A DNA stretch of 64,000 bases from an uncultured Gammaproteobacteria bacterium (GTDB lineage Bacteria > Patescibacteriota > Patescibacteriia > Magasanikbacterales > GWA2-37-8), in the NCBI GenBank assembly GCA_964482695.1, contig CAYZYP010000001.1:4143-68142 (forward strand), in the 5' to 3' direction. A program made the translations under genes and the position numbers. Below the pieces are notes generated by a model. The model saw nothing but the letters and a program-made list of their open reading frames with translations, did not search any database and was not told the origin of the DNA. Shown here in pieces: positions 46,968-57,720 of this stretch; position 1 is the first letter of the stretch; every line of letters starts with the position of its first letter.

Positions 46968-47163
46968 TGCCTTTTCAAAAAGATATTAAAATGTTAGTTG
47001 AAATTCAAAAAGTGAATAGTAAAATTAGCGTTAATATTTACTATCAATATAAATTAATTATCAATGTATAATTAGATATATCTTTTTAAGCAGTTAATGT
47101 CTAAAAAGTAATATATTTTTATGAAAAGGTGCTGAGTCAGATATAAATTTTGTTAGAAGCTCG

Positions 47164-47171
47164 CCCCCCCC
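47164..47171. repeat. Poly-C tract (C8) immediately upstream of GT2 gene start
   Basis: tcg cccccccc tg read directly; lies between an upstream ATG (47150) and the likely start ATG (47189). Confidence 0.6.
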
Positions 47172-47188
47172 TGATAATTTTTATTAAT

Positions 47189-48010
47189 ATGAACCCATTA
47201 GTTTCGGTAATCATCACCACCAAAAACGAAGAGAAAAATTTAGAGAATTGTTTAAAATCAATTAAGGCGCAGACCTATAGTCCAGATAAGATAGAAATTA
47301 TCGTGGTTGACAATGATTCTAGCGATACAACCAAAGAAATCGCGTTACAATATACTCAATTAGTATTTAACAAAGGGCCAGAGCGATCAGCGCAGAGAAA
47401 TTATGGTGTTGAGAAAAGTAGTGGAAAATATTTTTTGTATTTAGACGCCGACATGATTTTAAGCGAGAAAGTTGTTGCGGAATGCGTGGAAAAAATGGAA
47501 GCAGATAGTGATTTGGTTGGCCTATATATTCCAGAAATAATCATGGGTGATAGTTTCTGGTGCAAGGTACGGCGGTTTGAAAGGGTATTTTATAATGGGA
47601 CGGTGATAGACTGTGTACGATTTATAAGAAAAGACAAATTTATAGAAGTAGGTATGTTTGATTTGTCTATGACTGGACCAGAGGATTGGGATTTGGATAA
47701 AAAATTAAGAAATAAAGGCAAGGTTGAATTAATAACAGAAAAGTTGTATCATAATGAAATAGAATTTAATTTAAGAAAATATTTATCTAAAAAGAGTTAT
47801 TACGCGAAAAGTTTTGAGACATATATTAGAAAATGGGGGAAAGATGATAAAGATGTAAAAAAGCAGTTTGGTTTTTACTATAGATTTATAGGAGTTTTTA
47901 TAGAGAAAGGGAAGTGGAAAAAATTATTTTTTCATCCCATTTTAACTCTAGGCATGTATTTCTTAAGGGGGTTGGTGGGTATTAGGTATTTGTTTAATTT
48001 TTTATATTAA
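47189..48010 (+). CDS. GT2 glycosyltransferase; start taken at MNPLVSVIITT
   Basis: VSVIITTKNEEKNL...IIVVDNDSSDTT...LDADM. Confidence 0.65.
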   Translation: MNPLVSVIITTKNEEKNLENCLKSIKAQTYSPDKIEIIVVDNDSSDTTKEIALQYTQLVFNKGPERSAQRNYGVEKSSGKYFLYLDADMILSEKVVAECVEKMEADSDLVGLYIPEIIMGDSFWCKVRRFERVFYNGTVIDCVRFIRKDKFIEVGMFDLSMTGPEDWDLDKKLRNKGKVELITEKLYHNEIEFNLRKYLSKKSYYAKSFETYIRKWGKDDKDVKKQFGFYYRFIGVFIEKGKWKKLFFHPILTLGMYFLRGLVGIRYLFNFLY

Positions 48011-48069
48011 CATATAAATTAATTTGTTTAGAAAATAAAAAATTTATTTCTCCCTCACTAATTTAAAGT

Positions 48070-49113
48070 ATGAAAAAAGCTCTCATAACCGGCGTCACAG
48101 GTCAGGATGGTTCATATTTAGCGGAACTTCTTTTAGAGAAGGGCTATAAAGTGTATGGCTTGCAACGCAAGGTAAGTACTTTTAATACGGAACGTATAGA
48201 TCATTTTTATGATAAGCCGGGGTATGAAAATTTTCTAGGTATATATGGCGACTTAACCGACGCTAGTAGTATTAGTCGAATTATTGAAAAAGTTGAACCA
48301 GACGAGATATATCACCTAGGAGCGCAGAGTCATGTACGAGTTAGTTTTGATATCCCCGAATACACGGTAAATGTTGATGCGTTGGGCACTCTTAGGATAT
48401 TAGACGCAATTAAGGAAAGTGGTATTAGAACTAAATTTTATCAAGCATCTTCTTCCGAGATGTTTGGTAAAGCACAAGAAGTGCCACAAAAAGAAACCAC
48501 ACCGTTTTATCCTCGCAGTCCTTACGCTTGCGCCAAAGTTTTTGCTTATTGGATTACTCAAAATTACCGTGAAGCATATAATCTTTTTGCTTGTAATGGT
48601 ATTTTATTTAACCATGAATCACCGCGGCGTGGTGAAACTTTTGTCACTAGAAAAGTAACCCGTGGTTTGTCTAGAATAAAGTTAGGTTTAGATAAAATTT
48701 TAAAATTGGGCAATTTGAATGCTAAAAGAGATTGGGGGTATGCTCCAGAATATGTGGAAGCTATGTGGTTAATGTTGCAACAAAACGAACCAGATGATTA
48801 TGTAATAGCCACAAATGAGAGCCATACTGTTAGAGAATTTATCGAAGAGGCCGCTAAATTATTTGATATATCTTTGGAATGGCAGGGCCATGGGTTGAAT
48901 GAAAAGGGGGTAGACAAAAAAACGAATAAAATAATAGTAGAAATCGATCCTAAATATTTTCGTCCAGCCGAGGTGGACATATTAATAGGTGACTATTCTA
49001 AAGCCAGAACAAAACTAGATTGGGAACCAAAAGTAAAATTTAAAGAGTTGGTAAAGATTATGGTTAAAGCCGATTATGAAAAAGAAAAGCGTTCCTTTAT
49101 TCCTGTTAAATAA
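48070..49113 (+). CDS. gmd: GDP-mannose 4,6-dehydratase
   Basis: [29 protein letters not shown], YxxxK region, overall GMD length and motifs. Confidence 0.85.
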   Translation: MKKALITGVTGQDGSYLAELLLEKGYKVYGLQRKVSTFNTERIDHFYDKPGYENFLGIYGDLTDASSISRIIEKVEPDEIYHLGAQSHVRVSFDIPEYTVNVDALGTLRILDAIKESGIRTKFYQASSSEMFGKAQEVPQKETTPFYPRSPYACAKVFAYWITQNYREAYNLFACNGILFNHESPRRGETFVTRKVTRGLSRIKLGLDKILKLGNLNAKRDWGYAPEYVEAMWLMLQQNEPDDYVIATNESHTVREFIEEAAKLFDISLEWQGHGLNEKGVDKKTNKIIVEIDPKYFRPAEVDILIGDYSKARTKLDWEPKVKFKELVKIMVKADYEKEKRSFIPVK

Positions 49114-49234
49114 AAGAAAGAATATCTTTGGTTTGGCTAAGGTGTTCTTTTTGAAGTGTTATAACCACTCGAAAATAATAATTTTATAGTATTAATTAAA
49201 AGAATTTTAAATTGCGAGTAAATTAAAATGTTAT

Positions 49235-50473
49235 TTGTCTGTGAAATTTATGAATGTAGAACTGGATAAAAAAAATTTTGATATATTATTTCTCTCTATT
49301 TATGAATCGCCTACGTTGACTAATGTGAGAAATTATATATTATCAAAAACACAATCAAAATTTGATTTTATGATTTTTGGATTATTGGCGAATAAAAACA
49401 ATAAAACATATAAAGACGTTTATTTCGTCAGATCAAATGGAGAGAAAATAAATAAAAGTGCTTCTTATAAATTTTGTCTAAAGACCCCATTTTTAGAATT
49501 GTTCCAATTTTTTTCTCAATTAAAAGTTTTTTTTGTTCTTTTAAAAATTATCAAGAATAAAAAATATGATATTTGTATTGCTCAAACACCAACTCTCGCT
49601 GTCTTGGGATTGCTTCTAAAGAAAATTGGTAAATGTAAAATGACCATTGCCCACGTTACCGATATTTATAATGAAGAAAATAAGGGTTTTATAAATAATA
49701 TTTTAATTTCAGTGCAAAAATTGTTACGTAGGATAGCCTATAAAAACGATTTTATTTGGTATCAACATGAAGGTGTAAAAAAATGGGATGAAAAACGTGG
49801 TTTTGTAACAAATAATTTTTTTATCGAAGGAGAGTCGTTCGATTTTGAAGAAGTTCAGCGAAGTCTAGGTGTTAAAAAAAAGACAAATCAAGTTTGTTAT
49901 GTTGGGAGAATGGATAAATATTCGGGGTTAGACATCGCTATAAAAAGTATTAAGTTGATAAGGGACAAAATACCGGATATTTTTTTAGCGGTAATAGGTG
50001 GGTATTTAGAGAAAGATATTATTTATTATAAAAAATTAGCTAATCAGGAGGGGGTTTCCGACGCGGTTAAATTTTTTGGGTATATTCCCGATAAAAATGA
50101 TGTAAAAAAAATTATAGCAGAGTCTGTATTAGGGTTCGCTATATATAGTCCTGATAAAAAAAATGGTGTGTTATATACTATCCCCGGCAAAGTTTTAGAT
50201 TATTTACAAGCAGGAGTTCCTGTAGTAATAACCAAACAAGGGCCCCAAGTAAAAGATGAAATTAATAAGTATAATGCAGGAATTTTAGTAGAATACGATA
50301 CCAAAGATATAGTAAATAAAGTGACTAATGTACTACTGCAAAAGGATAAATTAAAGGAATTACAAGACGGGGTTTTAAAATTGACGTGCAATTTAGGCCA
50401 TGATAAGATACAGCTAAAATTATATAATAAATTTGTTGAGGTATATGGTAATTTTGCCAAGATTAAAGATTGA
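49235..50473 (+). CDS. GT4-family (GT-B) glycosyltransferase
   Basis: C-terminal EGVSDAVKFFGYIPDKNDV...GKVLDYLQAGVPVV nucleotide-sugar binding half. Confidence 0.5.
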   Translation: MSVKFMNVELDKKNFDILFLSIYESPTLTNVRNYILSKTQSKFDFMIFGLLANKNNKTYKDVYFVRSNGEKINKSASYKFCLKTPFLELFQFFSQLKVFFVLLKIIKNKKYDICIAQTPTLAVLGLLLKKIGKCKMTIAHVTDIYNEENKGFINNILISVQKLLRRIAYKNDFIWYQHEGVKKWDEKRGFVTNNFFIEGESFDFEEVQRSLGVKKKTNQVCYVGRMDKYSGLDIAIKSIKLIRDKIPDIFLAVIGGYLEKDIIYYKKLANQEGVSDAVKFFGYIPDKNDVKKIIAESVLGFAIYSPDKKNGVLYTIPGKVLDYLQAGVPVVITKQGPQVKDEINKYNAGILVEYDTKDIVNKVTNVLLQKDKLKELQDGVLKLTCNLGHDKIQLKLYNKFVEVYGNFAKIKD

Positions 50474-50510
50474 AGATTAAAAAATATAAATAATTTTAAT
50501 AAAAAATTAT

Positions 50511-51686
50511 ATGGTGGCACAGCGTGCGTCGTGGAAATTACAAGAAAGTATTTTAGAACAAAATGATTTTGAGGATTTAATAAAATTTGTTAAAGCAACC
50601 GACCAATTTACCCAATCTGTTAAAGTTAGGGAATTTGAAACAAAGTTTGCCGAATGGCAAGGATGCGAGTATTGTGTTTATGTCAATTCTGGCAGCTCGG
50701 CCAATTTATTGTTGATTAATTCTTGGAAAACATTAAGGGGTTGGTCGTTCCAAGATGAGATAATTGTTCCAGCTGTTACTTGGCCAACTAATGTTACTCC
50801 AGTAATACAAAGTAATCTTACTCCAATTTTTGTTGATGTAAATTTAGATGATTTATCTTTTGATTATAAACAATTAAGTAGTTCTATAACGGCAAAAACA
50901 AAGGCAATTTTTATAACACACCTGTTGGGGTTTCCAGCCGATATTAATAAGATAAAAGAAATTATCGGCGATCGAGATATAATAATTTTAGAAGATTGTT
51001 GTGAATCAATGGGCGCCCAAATTAAAAATGTGAAAGTAGGTAATTTTGGTTCTGGTGGAACCTTTAGTTTTTTTTGGGGTCACCACATGACTACCGTTGA
51101 AGGCGGCATGATTTGTACAGATGACGAAGAGCTTTATAAAATGTTGTTATTGAAACGTTCTCACGGGTTGGCTCGAGAGTTGCCCAAAGAGTATCACGAA
51201 GAAATAAAAAAACGTTATTCCGATATAGATTTTAAATTTTTATTTTTAACAGATGGTTTTAATGTGCGAAACACAGAATTGCACGCTGCCATAGGGCTAG
51301 CTCAATTAACGAAAATTGATGGTTTTATCAAAAAAAGAAATGAAAATTATGGATTATTTTTGGATATTTGCTCTGACTATGATAATTTAATTTTAATTAA
51401 AAAAGAAGGCACATCATCTTTTGCCCTACCTTTTGTTTTTAAAGAAAAATCAAAAAAGGAGGAATTCGAAAAATATATTATAGAAAAAGGAATAGAAGCC
51501 AGGCCTCTTATTAGCGGGAATCTTTTGCGACAGCCATTTTTGAAAGAATATTACAACCCAGCACGTTTCCAAAATGCAGATTTTTTACATATGAATTCTT
51601 TCTATATAGGGAATAATCAATTTGTAAATAAAGATAGATTGGCTATCCTAGACTCTTTAATGAAAACATTTTTTAGTAAATCATGA
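50511..51686 (+). CDS. DegT/DnrJ/EryC1-family PLP/PMP enzyme, ColD/E1-like 3-dehydratase type (His in place of Schiff-base Lys)
   Basis: FSFFWGHHMTTVEGGMICTDDEE: HH where aminotransferases have K. Confidence 0.55.
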   Translation: MVAQRASWKLQESILEQNDFEDLIKFVKATDQFTQSVKVREFETKFAEWQGCEYCVYVNSGSSANLLLINSWKTLRGWSFQDEIIVPAVTWPTNVTPVIQSNLTPIFVDVNLDDLSFDYKQLSSSITAKTKAIFITHLLGFPADINKIKEIIGDRDIIILEDCCESMGAQIKNVKVGNFGSGGTFSFFWGHHMTTVEGGMICTDDEELYKMLLLKRSHGLARELPKEYHEEIKKRYSDIDFKFLFLTDGFNVRNTELHAAIGLAQLTKIDGFIKKRNENYGLFLDICSDYDNLILIKKEGTSSFALPFVFKEKSKKEEFEKYIIEKGIEARPLISGNLLRQPFLKEYYNPARFQNADFLHMNSFYIGNNQFVNKDRLAILDSLMKTFFSKS

Positions 51687-51704
51687 TTAATAAAATCATC
51701 AATT

Positions 51705-52643
51705 ATGAATAAAAAAATTAAAATTTTTGTTGCCGGCGGTACAGGTTTTTTAGGTAAGAGAATTATTAACAAATTAGAGAGTATCGGACATAATTATTGT
51801 TCAACTTCTTTGAGCCAAGGGGTTGATTTTCGCGATCTAAGGCAGGTAATTAATTATTTTGAAAAAGAAAAACCGGAAATAGTGATTAATTGCGCGGCTT
51901 GTGTTGGAGGCATACAATTTGTCGCGGAACATGAAGGAGAAATATATTTTAATAATATTTTAATTAGCGCCAATCTAATTGAGTGCGCAAGAAGATTCAA
52001 GGTGCAAAAATTTATCAATCCAATTTCTAATTGTTCTTATCCCGATGTTTTAGAAAAGGATTTCAAAGAATCTGAATGGTGGAACGGACCGCTTCATCCT
52101 TCTGTGCTGGTTTACGGATTTGTTAAGAAAGCAATTTGGGTTCAAGCTAATGCTTATTACAATCAATACAGAATGAAATTTTTGAATTTTATTATTCCCA
52201 ACATGTATGGACCGGAGGATCATTTTGACGAATTTCGTTCGCATGCTTTGGGGGCTTTAATAACAAAAATAGTTAAGGCTAAGGAAATAAAATTGCCAAA
52301 AGTAATAGTTTGGGGGACAGGCAAACCGATTAGGGAGTGGCTATATGTGGATGATTGTGTAGAAGTTTTTACCAAGGCTCTAGACATGGAGCCGATGATT
52401 GAACCAATAAATATTGGGCAAGGAAAAGGTATCACTATTAAGAATATGGCAGAAATGATAAAGAGAGTTGTAAATTATGAAGGAGAATTGGTTTTTGATG
52501 ATTCTAGACCAGACGGCGCGCCACGCAAAGTAATGAATATAGATAAAATGGAAAAAATATTTAATTGGCTGCCGCCAACTAAATTAGAAGATGGTATTAA
52601 AAATACAGTGGATTGGTATTATAAAAATCATATTAATAAATAG
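51705..52643 (+). CDS. GDP-L-fucose synthase-like / GDP-L-colitose synthase-like NAD(P)-dependent epimerase-reductase
   Basis: IFVAGGTGFLGKRI, extended SDR fold, Fcl-like length. Confidence 0.6.
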   Translation: MNKKIKIFVAGGTGFLGKRIINKLESIGHNYCSTSLSQGVDFRDLRQVINYFEKEKPEIVINCAACVGGIQFVAEHEGEIYFNNILISANLIECARRFKVQKFINPISNCSYPDVLEKDFKESEWWNGPLHPSVLVYGFVKKAIWVQANAYYNQYRMKFLNFIIPNMYGPEDHFDEFRSHALGALITKIVKAKEIKLPKVIVWGTGKPIREWLYVDDCVEVFTKALDMEPMIEPINIGQGKGITIKNMAEMIKRVVNYEGELVFDDSRPDGAPRKVMNIDKMEKIFNWLPPTKLEDGIKNTVDWYYKNHINK

Positions 52644-52647
52644 TTTT

Positions 52648-53064
52648 ATGCATGCGCATGAAAAATTAATTGAAGATCGGGGGGTGATAATAGCCAAAGT
52701 AATCAAAAATCATGAATGGCCAAAAAATTTAAAATTTTACTCAACAGAAGATGATTTTTTGCAAGTAGCAACTTGGAATTATAATTCCGGCAAACATTTG
52801 AAGGCACATGGTCATAAAATATGTGAAAGAGTTTCAAACAGGACTAATGAGTTATTATTTATTAAACAAGGTAAGCTTAAAATATATTTTTACAACGGCC
52901 GAAACAAACTAATTGCTGAAGTAGTAATAAAGACAGGTGATATGGTGGTAGTTTATGCTGGAGGCCATGCTTATGATATTTTGGAAGATTATACCCAGGT
53001 TTTAGAAGTAAAAAACGGTCCTTATCCTGGTTTAGAACTAGATAAAAAGGTAATAGAAAAATAA
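52648..53064 (+). CDS. WxcM/FdtA-like cupin sugar 3,4-ketoisomerase; start at MHAHEKLI
   Basis: Double-stranded beta-helix-like segments (KAHGHK, GDMVVVYAGGHAYDI). Confidence 0.45.
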   Translation: MHAHEKLIEDRGVIIAKVIKNHEWPKNLKFYSTEDDFLQVATWNYNSGKHLKAHGHKICERVSNRTNELLFIKQGKLKIYFYNGRNKLIAEVVIKTGDMVVVYAGGHAYDILEDYTQVLEVKNGPYPGLELDKKVIEK

Positions 53065-53074
53065 AGATTAATGT

Positions 53075-54169
53075 ATGCTAGAGTTAAAGCAAAAATTTTT
53101 TAACCAGATGGAACCATGGTATGGTGAAGAAGAAATACAAGCAGTTACTGATTATTTGCGTGGTGGCGGTTGGATTATGGAATTTAAAAAGACCAAAGAA
53201 TTTGAAAGAATGATTTGTGAATTTACTGGCGCTAAATATTGCAGTGTAGTCAGTAATGGCACTGTAAGTTTGTTTATCGCTCTTAAAGCTATTTGTTTGG
53301 AGCAGGGCGACGAAGTGATAGTACCAGATTATACCATGATAGCTACTCCCAACGCTGTGCTTTTGGCTGGTGGCAAACCAATTTTTGTTGATGTTGATGA
53401 TAGTGTGTGTTTGGATGTAGAAAAAGTAAATAAAGCAATCACCAGTAGAACAAAAGTTGTTTTTCACGTAAGTATTAATGGCCGAGCTGGGAGGCTGAAA
53501 GAATTGAAAGAATTATGTGATAGAAAAAATGTTATTTTATTAGAAGATGCCGCCCAAGCAATTGGTTCGTTTTACCAAGGCAAACATTTAGGTCGTTTTG
53601 GAGCTATTGGTAGTTTTTCATTTAGTGTTCCTAAAATTATTACTACTGGTCAAGGTGGGGCTTTAATTACCGATGACGAACAATTATATAAAAAAATTTG
53701 TAAAATTAGAGATTTTGGTCGTATTAGTGGGGGGGTGGATATTCATGACGAAGTAGGTTGGAATTTTAAGTTTACTGATTTACAGGCTGTTTTTGGCATA
53801 GAACAAATAAAAAAAATATCAGATAGAATAGAAAGAAGAAAAAAAATATACCGTTTATATCAACAAGAGTTAGGTGGTATGGAACAGATAAGATTTATTA
53901 AAAATGATTTTAATGAAACTACCCCCTGGTTTGTGGAAATTTTAGTAAAAGAACCGAGCAAATTGCAGAATTATTTAAAAGAACATGGCATTAGTAGCCG
54001 ACCTTTTTACCCAGCTATCCACACCCAAAAGATATATAGTTATGTTCAAGGGGATTTTGCCAAGGCATCATATTTTGGCACTCATGGTTTGTGGTTGCCT
54101 TCGGCAAGCCAAATAACAAATGAGGAGGTAAAATATATTTGCAATTGGATAAAATCATTTTATGGTTAA
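53075..54169 (+). CDS. DegT/DnrJ/EryC1-family PLP-dependent sugar aminotransferase (FdtB/perosamine synthetase-like)
   Basis: [26 protein letters not shown] with conserved Lys. Confidence 0.7.
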   Translation: MLELKQKFFNQMEPWYGEEEIQAVTDYLRGGGWIMEFKKTKEFERMICEFTGAKYCSVVSNGTVSLFIALKAICLEQGDEVIVPDYTMIATPNAVLLAGGKPIFVDVDDSVCLDVEKVNKAITSRTKVVFHVSINGRAGRLKELKELCDRKNVILLEDAAQAIGSFYQGKHLGRFGAIGSFSFSVPKIITTGQGGALITDDEQLYKKICKIRDFGRISGGVDIHDEVGWNFKFTDLQAVFGIEQIKKISDRIERRKKIYRLYQQELGGMEQIRFIKNDFNETTPWFVEILVKEPSKLQNYLKEHGISSRPFYPAIHTQKIYSYVQGDFAKASYFGTHGLWLPSASQITNEEVKYICNWIKSFYG

Positions 54170-54719
54170 ATTATATTATCAGTTTTTAAAAATTTTTGGT
54201 AAGTTATATAAATTTTTTTTTAGGAATAATTTTATTGCTGGAAAAAATTTTCAATTGTATCTTGGTGGCGGTATTATTGGAAAAAAAGAGTTTATAAGAA
54301 TAGGAAATAAAGTAATTTTATTTGGGTGGTTAATAAGTGACGGCGGTAAAATTATTATTGGTGATAGCACGGTAATTCATAAAAAAACAATTATTCGTTC
54401 GATGGGAGAAATTAAAATAGGAGCGCATTGTGATATCGCCAGCGAAGTTTATATTCAGGATCATAATAGTATGTCGTTAAATTATTTAGATCGTAGGCGT
54501 TGCGAAGGTGAGATCGCGCAAAAGCCCGTATTTATAGGTGATGATGTTTGGGTGGGAAGAAGAGCCATGGTAATGAAAGGTGTTATTATTGGCGATAGAG
54601 CTGTGATCGGCGCGGGTGCCGTTGTAACCCATGACGTACCGGCAGACAGTATCGTAGCAGGCAATCCTGCGGTTATAGTAAAATATTTAAAAAATGATCA
54701 TGGTGATAAACTTGGCTGA
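54162..54719 (+). CDS. Left-handed beta-helix (hexapeptide) sugar N-acetyltransferase (FdtC/WbbJ-like)
   Basis: [48 protein letters not shown]. Confidence 0.65.
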   Translation: MVKLYYQFLKIFGKLYKFFFRNNFIAGKNFQLYLGGGIIGKKEFIRIGNKVILFGWLISDGGKIIIGDSTVIHKKTIIRSMGEIKIGAHCDIASEVYIQDHNSMSLNYLDRRRCEGEIAQKPVFIGDDVWVGRRAMVMKGVIIGDRAVIGAGAVVTHDVPADSIVAGNPAVIVKYLKNDHGDKLG

Positions 54720-55878
54720 AAAAAAATTTTTAATTTTAACGCATACCTTTGCGACCGGTCCAACACAAGAATTGAGAGATTTTTTGTTAAAAAATAAATC
54801 CTATTTTGCTTTCATAGAACATCCTTTCCCTTATAATAAAAAGCAGATTTTTTCTAAAATAACTTGGTTTAAAGATGGACAGCCAATAAAATTTTTAGAA
54901 AGTATTGCTGTAAAAGGGCCAGATATATTATTTTATATTAAAGATTTTGTTTATACTTTATATTTTGTAATTAAGGGACGACAGCATTATGATTTGTGTG
55001 TTGCTGCTGACACCTTGAATGCTTTTTCAGCTTGGTTTTTAAAAAAAATAGGTTATATTAATAAGGTGATTTATTGGACAATAGATTATACTCCAAAGAG
55101 ATTCAATAATTATTTTTTAAATAAAATTTATCATAGGTTAGATAAATTTTGTTGTTATCACTGTGATTTTTTGTGGAATAGCTCTCTTAGGATGCAGGAA
55201 GCCAGAGAAGATAGTGGTGTCCGCATGGGAAAATGCGCCGAGGAAATAGTTGTTGAGGACGGCTGTCATTTTGAAAATATAAAGCGATTTCCTGATGGCG
55301 AAATGAGCAGATTTAAATTAGTTTTTATGGGTCATCTGGTTAAAAATAAAGGCGTTGACTTAATTATTAATATTTTGCCAATTTTATTAAAGGATTATCC
55401 GGAGATTACTTTTACTATAATTGGCACGGGAGAAGAAGAAGACAATCTCAAAGAGTTGACTTGTAGGTTGGAAATCCAGAGTAAAGTTGTGTTTAAGGGA
55501 TATGTAAAATGTCATCGAGAAGTAGAAGAAATTATTGCATCTTGTGGAATAGCTGTGGCTCCCTATGTGCCAGATTTAGGAAGTTTTAGTTTTTTTTCTG
55601 ACGTTGGTAAGGTAAAAGTATATTTAGCTTGCGGCTTACCAGTTTTAATTACCGATGTTCCCCAAATAGCTCGGGAAATTGAAGAAAATGAGGCCGGTTT
55701 AATATTTAAATATAATGAAGACAGTTTAATTAGAAAGTTGAGGTTTCTATTGGCTGACGAGAAAAAGTATTTAAAATATAGAAATAATGCTATATTTTTT
55801 ATTAAAAATTTAAGTTGGGATAAAATATTTACAGTAGCGCTAGACAAAACTATCGCCAGTTTGTATAAAACAATTTAA
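54694..55878 (+). CDS. GT4-family glycosyltransferase
   Basis: [15 protein letters not shown]...GIAVAPY...[11 protein letters not shown]. Confidence 0.6.
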   Translation: MIMVINLAEKKFLILTHTFATGPTQELRDFLLKNKSYFAFIEHPFPYNKKQIFSKITWFKDGQPIKFLESIAVKGPDILFYIKDFVYTLYFVIKGRQHYDLCVAADTLNAFSAWFLKKIGYINKVIYWTIDYTPKRFNNYFLNKIYHRLDKFCCYHCDFLWNSSLRMQEAREDSGVRMGKCAEEIVVEDGCHFENIKRFPDGEMSRFKLVFMGHLVKNKGVDLIINILPILLKDYPEITFTIIGTGEEEDNLKELTCRLEIQSKVVFKGYVKCHREVEEIIASCGIAVAPYVPDLGSFSFFSDVGKVKVYLACGLPVLITDVPQIAREIEENEAGLIFKYNEDSLIRKLRFLLADEKKYLKYRNNAIFFIKNLSWDKIFTVALDKTIASLYKTI

Positions 55879-55884
55879 TGATTT

Positions 55885-56802
55885 ATGAAATTATCAATAG
55901 TAATTACGACAAAAAATCGGCAACAAGATTTGTTGAATTGTTTACATTCTATTTTACTTTCTGTTTTTTCCAGCAAGTTCGAAATTATTATAATTGATGA
56001 TTGTTCAAAAGATGGCACTGAAAAACTTGATGACGTCATCTTACAAACGATGTTTAATTTTAAAAATATTAGAATTTATCATTACGAGGAATCTTTGAAA
56101 CTGGTTAAAGCGAGAAATGTTGGCGCGAAATTGGCGAAAGGTAAATATGTTTTATTTATTGACGATGATAATGTTGTTGAAAATAAGATGATTCAATCGC
56201 TGGTTGATTTTGCGAATGAAGATGGCGAGTATAAGATAATTGGTCCGACTATGTATAGAAGTGACGCTAAAAAATATCTAAGTTATCAAAAGTTTAATTT
56301 TTTTACTGGTAAAACTACGGGTGTAGTTGTTTGTTCATTAAACAAAATTAATAATAGCGATGGTGTCCCTAATGTTTTTCTAATTAAACAAGAAGTATTT
56401 AAAAAATGTGGTTATTTTGACGAAGATTTAATTCAAACATATACAGAACCAGATTTTACTTTTCGTGCCAAAAGATATGGTTATAAAAGCGGAATTATGA
56501 ACGGTGTGAAAGTGTATCATAATGTGGAAGAAAAAAATCCCCACTCACCGCGTGCGTTAGGTGGTATGTTCAGCCAAAAGGCTTACTGTTTGATACGTAA
56601 TCGGTTTGTTATTATCGGACGATACGGTAAGTGGTATCATAAATTTATTTTTTTATTATTTTTTTCATGGATATGGCCGTGTATGTATTCTTTTTTTATG
56701 TTACGTTTTTGTAGATTTGAATTAATAAAATTGTATTGGTTTGGATTTAGGGATGGAATTATATTTTTTTTAACTAAAAAATTACGTAATTCCTTATCTT
56801 AA
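55885..56802 (+). CDS. GT2 glycosyltransferase with C-terminal membrane segment
   Basis: LSIVITTKNRQQDL...IIIDDCSKDGT...FIDDDN. Confidence 0.65.
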   Translation: MKLSIVITTKNRQQDLLNCLHSILLSVFSSKFEIIIIDDCSKDGTEKLDDVILQTMFNFKNIRIYHYEESLKLVKARNVGAKLAKGKYVLFIDDDNVVENKMIQSLVDFANEDGEYKIIGPTMYRSDAKKYLSYQKFNFFTGKTTGVVVCSLNKINNSDGVPNVFLIKQEVFKKCGYFDEDLIQTYTEPDFTFRAKRYGYKSGIMNGVKVYHNVEEKNPHSPRALGGMFSQKAYCLIRNRFVIIGRYGKWYHKFIFLLFFSWIWPCMYSFFMLRFCRFELIKLYWFGFRDGIIFFLTKKLRNSLS

Positions 56803-56847
56803 GTTTAAAATAGCAGTTGATTTTTGTAGTATTTAAATAAATTAAAT

Positions 56848-57540
56848 ATGGGTTCTTCTTTACAAGAAAGGTATCAACGTAATAGTTATCATAAATTTCA
56901 AAGATGCCAAATTGAATTTTTTTTATCTTGTCTTACTGCCAGTAATTATAAAAATACATTGGATGTTGGCTGTGGTAAGGGATTTTTTAGTTATATAGGG
57001 GCTAGACAAAAAAAATTTGAGAATTGTTATGCCTGCGATGTTTATAATGATTATCAAATTGAAGAAATAAGTAAATTTGCCAATGTTATTTATAAGCCGG
57101 TAAACAAAAATGGAACATTGCCATTTGTCGACGATTTTTTTGATTTAGTTTTTTCTGTAGATGTTATAGAACACGTTGAAGACGACATAAAGTTCATTAG
57201 AGAAAAAATAAGAGTGTGTAAGCGTGGAGGAGAGATAATAATAGGTACTCCTAATTATTTTCGAATTACAAATTTATTTTTGTTATTTTTGGGTAAATTA
57301 AAATATCCTAGAAAAATGGGGGTAGACTCTTATGGCGATGTCATTCATTTAAGAGAATACAGTCTTAATAAATTAATAGATAAAGTTATTTTTGCTTCAG
57401 ACGGTTTGATTATTAAAAAAGATATAGAGGTATTGCCTTGTTGGTTGGGTATAATGCTATATAATATTGGTTTAAATACTGTACCTTTTTTTTTAAAATG
57501 GATGTGCCAGTTTTGGTTTATTAAATTTAAAAAAAAATAA
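56848..57540 (+). CDS. Class I SAM-dependent methyltransferase
   Basis: LDVGCGKGFFS, VDVIEHV. Confidence 0.55.
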   Translation: MGSSLQERYQRNSYHKFQRCQIEFFLSCLTASNYKNTLDVGCGKGFFSYIGARQKKFENCYACDVYNDYQIEEISKFANVIYKPVNKNGTLPFVDDFFDLVFSVDVIEHVEDDIKFIREKIRVCKRGGEIIIGTPNYFRITNLFLLFLGKLKYPRKMGVDSYGDVIHLREYSLNKLIDKVIFASDGLIIKKDIEVLPCWLGIMLYNIGLNTVPFFLKWMCQFWFIKFKKK

Positions 57541-57542
57541 AC

Positions 57543-57701
57543 TATGTGTGGTATTTTAGGATTAGTTAATAGAAGTGGTGAGCCAGCCGATAGAGAAGTT
57601 TTTTCTAAAATGTTGGACACTTTGAATAAAAGAGGACCAGATCAGACAGGTGTTTTGATGGTGGGTTTTTTAACAAAAAGTTTAAAAGGCAATTATTCGT
57701 A
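57543..57701 (+). pseudogene. Truncated N-terminal fragment of a glutamine-hydrolysing asparagine synthase (AsnB/WbpS-like)
   Basis: 52-codon ORF MCGILGLVNRSGEPADREVFSKMLDTLNKRGPDQTGV... matches the AsnB N-terminal nucleophile region (MCGI...RGPD) then terminates. Confidence 0.55.
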
Positions 57702-57720
57702 GAATATTTTTAAAATAAAG

